Positions 1 to 9,654 of a DNA stretch of 64,000 bases are shown one piece after another. Made by a program: the position numbers and the translations under genes. The notes below the pieces were generated by a model. It was given only the letters and a program-made list of their open reading frames with translations, was not told where the DNA came from and ran no database searches. Position 1 is the stretch's first letter; every line of letters starts with the position of its first letter. This stretch comes from an uncultured Ectothiorhodospiraceae bacterium (GTDB taxonomy: Bacteria; Pseudomonadota; Gammaproteobacteria; UBA9214): positions 487-64,486 of the forward strand of contig CAMYMI010000013.1 of NCBI GenBank assembly GCA_947259415.1. The letters are read 5' to 3'.

Positions 1-678
1 AGTACAAAAACAGAACTGATTAACTGGATAGGTCGTAAGTATAAATATACAAAATATCTTGAGGTCGCCACTCTAACGACTGGTCACGAATTTTCATTTG
101 TTAACCAGAAGATCTATTCGACTAATGAACGAATCATGTATCGGCTACCACCAGAATTTGATGATGGAATGCCGATCTCCTGTAGATCGCCTGCTGATGA
201 TAGTAGCGCATGCTTCAAATCGTTAATAGATCAAGGCAAGAAATTTGATGTCGTATTTGTCGACCCATTCCACACTTATGAAGCATCTAGAAGAGACATT
301 GAACTCGCATTGATGGTGCTGAATACAGAGGGTACTCTGGTTGTTCATGACTGCAATCCTCCCGATAAAAAATATATTTCACCAGTTTTTACATCGGGTT
401 CGTGGGTGGGTGAAACGTATCTTGCCTTTATCGATATAGTAAGAGAGAACGATAAAGTAGATTACTGCGTGGTTGATATTGATTGGGGTTGTGGTGTAAT
501 CCGTTTTAATAATGCTGACAGTGCTACTGCATATAACGCCAGGATGGTTGGTAAAACTTGCGAACGTTTGAATAATTACAGGACAAGAAAGAAATATTAT
601 GATTGGGAGTATTTCGATAAACATCGCATCAGTCTTCTCAACCTGAAAAGCGTCAAGGAATTTAAGAGACAATTGTGA
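1..678 (+). CDS. Class I SAM-dependent methyltransferase (Methyltransf_24-like), 5'-partial
   Basis: Frame 1 is open from base 1 (STKTELINWIG...YLEVA) into the 136..678 ORF. Motif FDVVFVDPFHTYEAS...LVVHDC. AT-rich compared with the rest of the window. Confidence 0.7.
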   Translation, partial: STKTELINWIGRKYKYTKYLEVATLTTGHEFSFVNQKIYSTNERIMYRLPPEFDDGMPISCRSPADDSSACFKSLIDQGKKFDVVFVDPFHTYEASRRDIELALMVLNTEGTLVVHDCNPPDKKYISPVFTSGSWVGETYLAFIDIVRENDKVDYCVVDIDWGCGVIRFNNADSATAYNARMVGKTCERLNNYRTRKKYYDWEYFDKHRISLLNLKSVKEFKRQL

Positions 679-732
679 CTTAAATCAACAATCGATATCG
701 TTATCAGGAATCAATTGCAGAGTACTGACAAG

Positions 733-797
733 GGCGGCCTTCAGGTTGCATTTATCGCTTACAGGAATGGCAATTATTGGCCGATCCCGGTACTACA
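733..797 (+). repeat. Copy 1 of a ~65-bp degenerate direct repeat (hairpin + ATGnCnnTTAyTGGCCGATC motif)
   Basis: ggcggccttcaggttgc...atggcaattattggccgatcccggtactaca aligns with 2764-2829. Confidence 0.55.
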
Positions 798-1161
798 ACG
801 TGCTATCAAAAAGCCGATGAGGGCGCCTGCTGAACGGCGCCATTACCCCCGACTCAAGACATTCAGACAGTCATTGCTCCGCACATGACACACCTGACGC
901 CGCCCGGTTCAACATAACACCATGGTGCACATGGAAAAGCGTCGGGTCGGGGCCTATCTGTATCTCATCCACCCCGGCATTTCACTCGCACGATCCGTCG
1001 AGATATCGGTACAACACGATCAGTCCTGACAGACCGTATAGCAGCACACGCGTGCACGCATGTAGAATAGATTTCACCTACACACTCGACACGGCCGTGA
1101 TGTCCGGTCGCCGGGCCAGTTGTAACACAGCCTCGCACAATCGAGGACAGGGGATGACCAT

Positions 1162-2079
1162 TTGAATCTTGAGAACAAGGGGGACAAGGGAATGTGGGCG
1201 ATCAACTGGCAGACAAAAATCACAGCAAGTCTGGTGGCGGTGCTTCTCGTCATCCTGAGTTTCAGCGGCTATGCCGACAAGGTGAGCGAGGAGTACACGG
1301 AGACGGCCCTCAAACGGGCGCTCATAACCTTTGCGAGCGCCCGCGTCATCAACGGCCTCATATCCGTCGCGCAGGGGACGGAGTTGGCGCTTCAGCCGGC
1401 CGGCGTGGGGCCGATTTTCACACCCGGAGAGATACTCGACCCCATCAACGACCTTGTGGAGCAGTTCTCTCAGGTGATGCTCTTCAGCGCCGCCGTCCTG
1501 GGGACGCAGAAAATCCTGATCGAGATGTCCGGGTGGGTCTGGTACTCCTTCCTCACGGCGTCAGTGCTTCTGTTCTGGCTGGCGACCCTCTGGCTACCGC
1601 ACAAATTCAATCCGAGGACACGGCGTGTAGCGTTGGCCCTCTCCGGAATTCTACTTCTCTTCCGCTTCCTCGTACCCCTGGCCGCGATCGCAAACGAGGC
1701 TGTATTCGATCTCTTCCTGGCGCCCGGATATGAAGCCGCGACTCAGAGCCTAGTGGAGACCAAGAGGGGTCTCGACGACGAAGAGAAAGGCAACGAGGTT
1801 ACCGACGAACAGACACCCCCCAAGAAGTCTTTCTCCCGAAGTTTGTCTGACTTTGTCGGCTCACTGAAGGGGAAGGCAGACGTGAGCGACAAGATTGAAG
1901 AACTCAAAACCACCGCGAATCAGACCCCAGAGAGAATCATCGACTTGATCGTCTACTTCTTGATCCAGACTCTAATCCTCCCGATCCTCTTCGCCTGGGT
2001 CGGCTACAGCATCGCTAAAGGCTTGGTGCGCTACGCACTGGAAGTTCCGCCGGAGAGGGCGAATCCACGTGACGGTTGA
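1162..2079 (+). CDS. Hypothetical multi-pass membrane protein
   Basis: 305-aa ORF with several hydrophobic segments and a motif PGEILDPINDLVEQFS. The ATG at 1192 is an alternative start. Confidence 0.75.
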   Translation: MNLENKGDKGMWAINWQTKITASLVAVLLVILSFSGYADKVSEEYTETALKRALITFASARVINGLISVAQGTELALQPAGVGPIFTPGEILDPINDLVEQFSQVMLFSAAVLGTQKILIEMSGWVWYSFLTASVLLFWLATLWLPHKFNPRTRRVALALSGILLLFRFLVPLAAIANEAVFDLFLAPGYEAATQSLVETKRGLDDEEKGNEVTDEQTPPKKSFSRSLSDFVGSLKGKADVSDKIEELKTTANQTPERIIDLIVYFLIQTLILPILFAWVGYSIAKGLVRYALEVPPERANPRDG

Positions 2080-2331
2080 GCGCGTTTGATCAACCAGGGT
2101 AACGTTCGTTCACAAGGTGAATTCACCTTCACCTTGATCACGCAATTTAGCAAGATAAAAGTATTTCACTCTTGTGAACGAGCGATAAACACGTCGTCTT
2201 AGGTCTGTAACTATAACCCCCCACATTTCCCAATCGAACATCCCGAGGTGAGGGACACCCTTGGGGCGACGGGCTTAGGGGGCGGATCGGGAATTTTTCT
2301 GTACGGCGAATTTGTACGCCACCTCCGGCGG

Positions 2332-2488
2332 TTGCCTTTACCCATTTTTGTGCTAATCTAAAAGTGCAGTCCGGCAGTCCCTTATTGGGATCGATCGCGG
2401 CAAGGCAAGGCATAGTTGAGTTGGCAGGCCAGGCCCGGACTGTATGGACCTGCCCACTCCTTTTGTTTGTTCAACCAAGAAAGGAGTG
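2332..2488 (+). promoter_or_regulatory. Sigma70-like promoter followed by a structured 5' leader that sequesters the SD
   Basis: TTGCCT (2332) - 16 nt - TAATCT (2354) with an extended TG. Stem 2365-2374 pairs with 2435-2444. cactccttt (2455-2463) pairs with aaaggagtg (2480-2488). Confidence 0.45.
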
Positions 2489-2494
2489 CATACT

Positions 2495-2752
2495 ATGCAC
2501 ATGCGTGATGATGTACGTGAGCCGGTGATTGAGGCGTTCGACTGCGGGAGTCCCATTCCCAAGGTAGTAGTAGAGAATCTCGGAGGACCAGCAGAGGCGA
2601 AACGAGTCTTTGGTCGCCTCTGGAACTGCAGCAATACTCTTCCCGGTTATATAGTCGATTTCATCCGATCGGATTGGCTTGGTGCCAACGAGGAAATGAG
2701 GCGTAACACCTTCGGCTCTCTCGCCCAATGGATGTTTCGACTCATGCAGTAA
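2495..2752 (+). CDS. Small hypothetical protein (~85 aa)
   Basis: Strong SD AAGGAG before ATG 2495/2501, followed by a terminator. Confidence 0.65.
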   Translation: MHMRDDVREPVIEAFDCGSPIPKVVVENLGGPAEAKRVFGRLWNCSNTLPGYIVDFIRSDWLGANEEMRRNTFGSLAQWMFRLMQ

Positions 2753-2761
2753 CGACGAATG

Positions 2762-2791
2762 ACGGCGGCCTTCGGGTCGCCGTTTTTGTTT
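2762..2791 (+). terminator. Rho-independent terminator
   Basis: acggcggcc-ttcg-ggtcgccgt hairpin followed by a T-rich tract. Confidence 0.75.
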
Positions 2792-2829
2792 GTGCTGTAT
2801 GTCCGTTACTGGCCGATCTTGGAAGTACA
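2764..2829 (+). repeat. Copy 2 of the ~65-bp degenerate direct repeat
   Basis: ggcggccttcgggtcgc...atgtccgttactggccgatcttggaagtaca aligns with 733-797. Confidence 0.55.
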
Positions 2830-2942
2830 GAATCCGCATATCAGTTAGATTAGCCATTTATGCGGATGTCTGACTCCAATCAGAACCCGGACGTTCGATT
2901 AAATTTATCAATAATCCTGTTTATATGCCCTAAAACAAGCGT

Positions 2943-3108
2943 AAATGGTCAAGTTTCAATTTCCCCAAACTTTTCCAATGAAGATGCTCAATGCCCCAAA
3001 ATGGGCAAGTTGAATATCATCCAGCTTTCTCAATGAAGACGCTAAATGCTCCAAAATGGGCAAGTCTGATATTCCCTAATCTTTCCCAATCATGACGCTC
3101 AATAATGA
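2943..3108. repeat. Three degenerate tandem repeats, 55-56 bp period
   Basis: Units start with aaatgg(t/g)caagt at 2943, 2999 and 3054 and share caat(g/c)a(a/t)ga(t/c)gct. Confidence 0.75.
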
Positions 3109-3174
3109 TTCTTAATGGGAATCACACGCCAACAGATACATCAACATTCATATTATTTTAATTATTTAAATCGA

Positions 3175-4635
3175 TTAATCAGCTGCGGACTGGACAAAGG
3201 ACTCTAGCTCGGCACCGAAGGCCGCCACGTCGTCCAGTATCTTGCTTTTAGTATCATCATCCGCCATCTCTGAGCGTAGTTGCTCGATCTCGGCGTGAAA
3301 ATCCGTGAAACTGAAGTGTCCTGATTCCCCGTCGACCAGACGGGCGTGGCAATGTTCCAGCCACTGCGACTGCTCGTCGGCACTGAGCGTTTCTGGGTAA
3401 TTACGCGCCCGATAACGAAACAGCATCTCCGGAAGGCGCTTGTCCACAAAGCCCCAGCTTTGTTTGCCCAGTTCCTGTGGATCGGTATCGTGAATCGCGT
3501 TCATAAGTTTCTTGTCACTGTCATTGAAGAACCCGCCGGCATAGATCATCAGGTCCGGATCGGTAACCGGCTCTAAATCGCGCGGCTCGAATATTTTGGC
3601 TACCCTTTGCTGTATTGCCTTGCGCGCATGCAGCAGTATCTGGCGATTGCGCTTACCCGTGATGAGATCGATTTGGAGCCGTTTAGCGGCATCGCCGGTG
3701 AGGGTAGCCGTCGGAGCGATAACCGGACACTTATTGATCAGAACCTGCTTGAGTGCTGGGCGCTCGACCCCTTCGGGAAGATCCTCGTTTGCGGTATAAA
3801 GTCGTTCCTGTAGAGTTTTCGCACCAAGATCAAGCAGCAACGCCGGATCCTGCGCGAGGTCGAAGACAATGATGCTGTTCTTGTTGGTCGGGTGGGCAGC
3901 AACGGGCACCACCAGACGGGTACTGCCGTGATCGCTACCGTACATTCCTGACGTGTGCAGGATCGGCGTCATCTCTTTCAGATCGATGTACTTGAGGGCT
4001 TCCTTCTTACGCCGCAGCCGGTAGAGAAAATCATAGAGCTTGGGCTGCTTTTCCTTGATCAGCTTCGCGATCGCAATGGTGGCATAGACGTCGGACAGGG
4101 CGTCGTGCGCCTGTTCATGGGTGATACCATTAGCAACGGTGAGTTCCTCAAGTCTGAAGCTGGGCCGATCGGCATCTGCGCGGCGGGGCCAGGTAATACC
4201 CTCCGGGCGTAGATCATGGCACGCGCGTACCATGTCGATGATATCCCAGCGCGAATTACCATTTTGCCACTCGCGACCGTAGGGATCGTAGAGGTTGCGG
4301 TAGAGGGTATTGCGCGTTACCTCATCATCGAAGCGCAGCGAGTTGTAGCCCACACCACAGGTATCGGGTTGCGATAACTCCGCCAGAATACGGGCGATAA
4401 ACTCGGCCTCAGGCAGACCCTGCTCCAGTGCTTGCTGCGGGGTAATGCCGGTAATCAGCGACGATATTGGGTGCGGTAGGGTATCCGGTGCAGGCCGCGC
4501 CATGATATTCAGCGGCTCACCGATGATGTTGAGGTCCTCATCGGTACGGATGCCGGCGAATTGCACCGGTCGGTCGCGCGCCGGATCCAACCCGAATGTC
4601 TCGTAATCGTGCCAATACAGCGTGTTCTGTATCAT
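3175..4635 (-). CDS. sbcB: Exodeoxyribonuclease I
   Basis: WHDYETFG...DRPVQFAG, GYNSLRFDDEVTR, AHDALSDVYAT DEDDh motifs and C-terminal LFRYRARNYP. Confidence 0.97.
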   Translation of the reverse strand: MIQNTLYWHDYETFGLDPARDRPVQFAGIRTDEDLNIIGEPLNIMARPAPDTLPHPISSLITGITPQQALEQGLPEAEFIARILAELSQPDTCGVGYNSLRFDDEVTRNTLYRNLYDPYGREWQNGNSRWDIIDMVRACHDLRPEGITWPRRADADRPSFRLEELTVANGITHEQAHDALSDVYATIAIAKLIKEKQPKLYDFLYRLRRKKEALKYIDLKEMTPILHTSGMYGSDHGSTRLVVPVAAHPTNKNSIIVFDLAQDPALLLDLGAKTLQERLYTANEDLPEGVERPALKQVLINKCPVIAPTATLTGDAAKRLQIDLITGKRNRQILLHARKAIQQRVAKIFEPRDLEPVTDPDLMIYAGGFFNDSDKKLMNAIHDTDPQELGKQSWGFVDKRLPEMLFRYRARNYPETLSADEQSQWLEHCHARLVDGESGHFSFTDFHAEIEQLRSEMADDDTKSKILDDVAAFGAELESFVQSAAD

Positions 4636-4789
4636 TGACCTTCTCTGAAAACTGCTGGCTAGACCCTACCATAGGGCGCTCGAGGGGGACAGATGAGGCT
4701 ATTGAATAAAAAGACAACTCCGGTTTCCTTGTGAAATTCCCATTTACAAATATTTTCCGAATAAAACCGTGTGCGAACTAGGTGCCTGA

Positions 4790-5362
4790 ATGCTAGCCTT
4801 GCCATTCATGAGTTCCAGTTCCGACTCAGTGCCCCTTACCTTGGCATGCCATCCGGAGACCCCCTCTCAGGCAATACAGGGTATCGAGGTAGTGGTGGGT
4901 ACGGCGCCAGGTGATATCCTCACCCTGGCCTTTGTACTGGAAGGTCATATCTCCGGTTTACGCATCCCTAAACCTGGACCATCTCAACGGGCGAGTGGTT
5001 TGTGGCGGCATACCTGCTTCGAGGCTTTTGTGATGGCGGAGGATGGCCCTGCATATCGAGAGTTCAACTTCTCGCCCTCGGGGGAGTGGGCGATTTATGC
5101 TTTTCGCGGCTATCGGGCCGGTGACGAACTGGGAGTTGAACTGATCCCGGGAATCGCGGTACGCCGGACCGGGGGTCGGCTGGAGCTGGATGCGGAGATC
5201 TGTCAGGATTTCCTGCCACCAGGCCGTCCGCTGCGGCTGGGGCTGTCAGCGGTCGTGGAGGATGCTGATGGCGTGCTGTCGTACTGGGCCTTGCGACATC
5301 CTCCGGGCAAGCCCGACTTCCATCATACGGACGCCTTTGCATTACAACTGGAATTTCCCTGA
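4790..5362 (+). CDS. DOMON-like (DOMON_murB_like) domain protein
   Basis: LWRHTCFEAF, YREFNFSPSGEWA.Y.F..YR and LSAVVE...SYWALRHPPGKPDFHH. Confidence 0.8.
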   Translation: MLALPFMSSSSDSVPLTLACHPETPSQAIQGIEVVVGTAPGDILTLAFVLEGHISGLRIPKPGPSQRASGLWRHTCFEAFVMAEDGPAYREFNFSPSGEWAIYAFRGYRAGDELGVELIPGIAVRRTGGRLELDAEICQDFLPPGRPLRLGLSAVVEDADGVLSYWALRHPPGKPDFHHTDAFALQLEFP

Positions 5363-5400
5363 ATGCGTGACTTGAACAATCCAGCGGACGGAGTGAGGCC

Positions 5401-6606
5401 ATGAAGTTTGGCATCGACCGCCTGTTACATCAGACCATACTGCGCCAGTCCCTCGCGGGGCGTCGTGTGGCTCTGTTAGCCCATCCGGCCTCTGTGACTG
5501 ACGATCTCATCCACTCCCTAGATGCCCTTGCGCGTCTCCCCGATATTCGCCTTACCGCCGCCTTCGGTCCTCAGCATGGTCTGCGCGGGGACAAGCAGGA
5601 CAACATGGTGGAGTCGCCGGATTTCAACGATCCTGAGCTGGGTATCCCGGTGTTCAGTATGTATGGCGAGGTACGTCGACCCACACCGGCAATGATGGAC
5701 AGCTTTGACGTGCTGCTGGTGGACCTGCAGGATTTGGGTTGCCGCATCTATACCTTCATTACCACCCTGCGCTATGTTCTAGAGGCGGCAGCACAATTTA
5801 ACAAGCGGGTGGTGGTGTTGGATCGACCTAACCCGGTCGGGCGCCCGGTCGAGGGGCTGACTTTGCGTCCGGGCTGGGAGAGTTTCGTGGGCGCGGGTCC
5901 TTTGCCCATGCGTCATGGCCTCACAATGGGCGAACTTGCCCTGAGGTTTGTGCGTACCCTGAAACTGGATGTGGAATGCGAGGTTGTGACCATGGAGGGT
6001 TGGGCACCCGGGGACGGGCCGGGCTATGGCTGGCCTCTGTATGAACGCACCTGGATTAACCCCAGTCCCAACGCGCCCAATCTCTGGATGGCTCGCTGCT
6101 ATCCCGGTACGGTCATGCTGGAGGGCACAACCCTGTCTGAGGGGCGTGGTACCACCCGGCCCCTGGAACTATTCGGGGCACCGGATCTGAAACCCCGAAA
6201 ACTTCTGTGGGACATGCAGCAACTTGCTCCCCAGTGGCTGCAGGGCTGCCGGCTGCGGGAGTGTTGGTTCGAACCCACTTTCAACAAACACGCGGGAAAG
6301 CTGTGCGCCGGAGTGCAGATTCATGTGGAGGACGGGGCCTACGATCATGCTGCATTCAGACCCTGGCGGCTGATGGCCGTGGCTTTCAAGGCCCTGCGCC
6401 GACAGCGGCCGGATTACGAGCTTTGGAGAGACTTCCCCTACGAGTATGAAGTCGACCGTCTTGCCATCGATCTGATCAATGGCGGCGAACTCCTGCGCCA
6501 GTGGGTGGATGACCCGGAGGCCACACCGTCTGACCTGGAAGTCCTTGCCGGGGCAGACGAGGCAGCATGGATAGCCGAGCGAGAATCGGTGATGTTGTAT
6601 GGGTGA
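5401..6606 (+). CDS. namZ: Exo-beta-N-acetylmuramidase NamZ family (DUF1343)
   Basis: FGPQHG, DLQDLGCRIYTF, LDRPNP, RHGLTMGELA, PSPN and SEGRGTTRPLE motifs. Confidence 0.9.
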   Translation: MKFGIDRLLHQTILRQSLAGRRVALLAHPASVTDDLIHSLDALARLPDIRLTAAFGPQHGLRGDKQDNMVESPDFNDPELGIPVFSMYGEVRRPTPAMMDSFDVLLVDLQDLGCRIYTFITTLRYVLEAAAQFNKRVVVLDRPNPVGRPVEGLTLRPGWESFVGAGPLPMRHGLTMGELALRFVRTLKLDVECEVVTMEGWAPGDGPGYGWPLYERTWINPSPNAPNLWMARCYPGTVMLEGTTLSEGRGTTRPLELFGAPDLKPRKLLWDMQQLAPQWLQGCRLRECWFEPTFNKHAGKLCAGVQIHVEDGAYDHAAFRPWRLMAVAFKALRRQRPDYELWRDFPYEYEVDRLAIDLINGGELLRQWVDDPEATPSDLEVLAGADEAAWIAERESVMLYG

Positions 6607-6895
6607 ATGTGTCAGTGAAGACGGTATAAAAACCCGTCAAAAGATCATCGACGATCAGGGGCGTGTCGATACCCTGATGGAGCAGGTCAAGGCATGGCAG
6701 GGAGCCCAGCAGTTGCGCGACTACGTCAAGGCTGTCCGTGGTGGTGGTTACTATGCACAAGCTGCCATTACCGGTGGTAGAGACTTGGAGGCCTGGTGCG
6801 ACTGGGCTTTGGACCAGGCCAGTCGCCTGGATCCAACGGTCTCCAGTCCACCATCGGTGCTGGACTACAAGGACCAGTTCTTTTGGCGCCGATGA
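6599..6895 (+). pseudogene. Probable C-terminal remnant of a conserved hypothetical protein of integrative elements
   Basis: W..AQQLRDYV...W..WAL.QA.RLDP pattern, no convincing start, next to an island-end sequence. Confidence 0.4.
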
Positions 6896-6897
6896 TA

Positions 6898-7084
6898 TCC
6901 CTGTTAATTCCCTGTTCCTGATTTCAGGGACTGTCCACTGAGCACAGAAATTGGCAATTAAAACAGATAATTGTCGGAAGAGGAGGGCGGATACAGGTCA
7001 ATAAGGTGCGATTTTTCCCTGTATTTTCCCGTCTAACAGGGAAATCAGCGGAGACGGGTTCGCAGCAGACTGCAACCACCGCCA
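6898..7084 (+). mobile_element. Probable terminus/att region of an integrative element
   Basis: Repeated (t)tccctgt motifs with inverted caggga copies, ending in gggttcgc...accgcca (tRNA-like 3' end). Confidence 0.4.
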
Positions 7085-7124
7085 TCCATAGAAAAAGGGG
7101 CTTTGCGCCCCTTTTTCTATGGAT
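7084..7124. terminator. Bidirectional terminator hairpin
   Basis: Perfect 18-bp stem atccatagaaaaaggggc / gcccctttttctatggat. Confidence 0.85.
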
Positions 7125-7163
7125 TATTGATGGTGGAATCGAACCCTCGATATTCAATTGGCC

Positions 7164-7263
7164 GGTTCGACAAGCGGCGTAGCCGCGAAGAACGTCGCCG
7201 CATAGCGGCGGCGGCCCCGAAGGGGCGAGGGCGTAAGCCCGAGTAATCCCTCCCTCTCCGCCA
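7164..7263 (+). ncRNA. RtT-like tRNA-linked repeat ending in a tRNA-Ser 3' end
   Basis: GGTTCGA...GGCCCCGAAGGGGCGAGGGCGTAAGCCCGAGT-AATCCCTCCCTCTCCGCCA. The architecture matches tRNA-linked repeats and the last 19 nt match a tRNA-Ser 3' end. No full tRNA is present. Confidence 0.65.
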
Positions 7264-7811
7264 TACAGTCTGGTCTCTGTCCAGCGTCTCTGCGGGGCAG
7301 AGCCAATCCAACAAGAATTCAGCTGCTTAGTAGGTATAAGAGGTGTTATTCAGCCCCGAACACCGAACTACTTTCCGCGAAATCTTCGCAAAATCCTGGC
7401 TTGTCTCAAATGCCGATTTCGCTAGTTCGGTTATGACAGTTTGACCGAGTAGATAGTCCGGGCCTGATGGCGCTATCGTCAATATTAAGAGCAAGCCTTA
7501 CGTGTGAGACGGTACATCTGAAGCTATTAGCATTGTGTGATGCGAACTTCTGTTTCGATGGTGGGTTCATGATCTTCAATAAGCAAATCTTCAGCCATTC
7601 CTAGAGCCGGTGCAACCGTATACCCTCTTGATACATGAATGGATACGGGGGCCACCCATTCTATCGGCATTTTTGGAAAAATTCCCCCGCATCATGCATA
7701 CTTTGCACTGCCAACCTTACCGTGTGAGAAAGGCACGGTGACCACGCGCTACACACCCACATTTTGATGCTTTGACATCCTAACCAACCGGAATGGAGAT
7801 TAGCGGTCCAT

Positions 7812-8891
7812 ATGTTTACATTTGCAGCCAACGTCGAGGAACTGATAAATAACTTCCGCATCGAGGGTGCCACGTTCCGCTACAGCAGCTTCGTGCCCCG
7901 GCTCTACAACTACGTCAAGTCACTGGGATTCGAAACGGGCAAGATGCTTCCGTCACGCGCCTTCTGCGCCGACGAGAACCAGGGCTACCCGATCATCCTC
8001 CTCACCAAGCATTTCGGTAGCTACCCGTTCAACCACGGGCGCGGCGGAGCCGTTGTCGCGACGGATCGCCATGAGCCTTTCGCTGAGCACGGAGAAGGCC
8101 TGGTGATCATTCACGCCAGCCATGTCGGCTATGAACCCGACAGCGAGCAGTTCGGCGCCTACAACCGGGTACACACCCGGGACAGCCGCCACACCGCATG
8201 CTGCGGAAAGATCAACGCCATCGTATCCTGGTACCTGGAACAGTATCGAATCGCGCAGGCCGACATCCTGCTGGAATGCTCAGACGGCGCGTTATGCCTG
8301 CGGATTGACAACGGCCTGCTGCGCCACAGCACCGCCAAGAGCTTTCTTGCCAGCGATGCCCTGCAAAAGGAGCTTGCGCACCTCGAGAGTAAAATCAAGG
8401 ATGGTCAACGTATTCCCATTGGTGAACACCTCAAGCCGGACATGTTTTTCTTCCGTCGCGAGCTTGATGAAACCGTTGAGGGTCGCAATCACCAGGAACT
8501 GGAACTGATATACCCCATGCCCTGGATCGTGACATCACCCTGGCCGCTATTGACCGCCGCCCAGATCAATACCCAGGTCGAGTTCGACCGCACCTTGCGC
8601 ACAGTTGCCCATGCAAACATCTTTCGTGACAAGTGCCTTTTTTACATATCCGGACTGAATATCGACATATCCCCGCAGCCCGGCGAACTCTTCCCAACAA
8701 CCAAGTTCGTCCCCTGGGCCGCCTTCCTCAGGGATAGAAAGGGGGGGCAACGCATCATAGAACAGGCCGAGCTGGTCAGCCTGTTGCGTCAACAGAGCAA
8801 GGAAAACCCCGACCAGATCGATATGGACCAGGCCATCCGCGAGATGGCGGAGGCCGACACGGTCGAGATTGTCACACCGGCCAGCGCATAG
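7812..8891 (+). CDS. Hypothetical protein with LCIB/theta-carbonic-anhydrase-like Cys/His/Cys motif
   Basis: AFCADE (C52), IHASHVG (H104) and TACCGK (C130/131). Confidence 0.6.
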   Translation: MFTFAANVEELINNFRIEGATFRYSSFVPRLYNYVKSLGFETGKMLPSRAFCADENQGYPIILLTKHFGSYPFNHGRGGAVVATDRHEPFAEHGEGLVIIHASHVGYEPDSEQFGAYNRVHTRDSRHTACCGKINAIVSWYLEQYRIAQADILLECSDGALCLRIDNGLLRHSTAKSFLASDALQKELAHLESKIKDGQRIPIGEHLKPDMFFFRRELDETVEGRNHQELELIYPMPWIVTSPWPLLTAAQINTQVEFDRTLRTVAHANIFRDKCLFYISGLNIDISPQPGELFPTTKFVPWAAFLRDRKGGQRIIEQAELVSLLRQQSKENPDQIDMDQAIREMAEADTVEIVTPASA

Positions 8892-9458
8892 TACCCGGCA
8901 TACCGGCCTGAAAGGTGAGGGGCTTGGCCAGATCACGAACACCGTTTCCATCCGTGAGCGACCGGCCTAGGTCGATGATCGGACGGTGCCCGGTCATTGG
9001 GAAGGTGACCTGATCTTCGGCACCCACAACAGTCAAATCGCCACGCTCGTGGAGCGGAATACGCGCTACGTAATGCTGGCCAAGGTTAATGGTAAGGATA
9101 CCGAAAACGTGATCAACGCCCTGATAAAGCATGCTCACAAGTTACCGAGAGAACTCTACAAGTCACTCACCTGGGACCGTAGCAGCGAGATGACCGACCA
9201 CCAGCGCTTCACCCTGGCAACTGACATCAAGGTGTACTTCTGTGATCCGTAGAGCCCCTGGCAGCTGGGTTCGAATGAAAACATCAATGGATTGTTACGG
9301 CAGTACTTTCCCAAGGGCACAGATTTGTCGGTAGACTCACAGACAAAGCTGAATGCAGTGGCTCGTCAGCTAAATGAGTGACCGAGAAAGACGCCAGGTT
9401 TTCAAACCCCGGCAGAATGTTTTAATGCGTGTCTTGCGTCGATCGGTTGAACTGGCAG
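8892..9458 (+). mobile_element. IS30-family transposase pseudogene (C-terminal DDE part)
   Basis: [47 protein letters not shown]. Several in-frame stops; 5' part missing. Confidence 0.92.
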
Positions 9459-9654
9459 TAAATAATTAAGGCGGCCCAAGTACCGCCTTGGGATGATTGT
9501 AAGTCTGTTACACAGTTTTCCTTCTGGCTACCGCGATCAGACTAACCAGACCGCTACCGAACAGGCAAACAGCAGGAGAAATTGGTGCTGAGCTAACATT
9601 GCCCGCGTGAAGAGCTCGGACCATGTGATGTTGAACACGATCATCTTGTTGCCT

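Noticed and set aside
7050-7263. Intact tRNA gene
   Set aside because: Only T-loop-like and 3' acceptor sequences are present; no cloverleaf with D and anticodon arms can be built.
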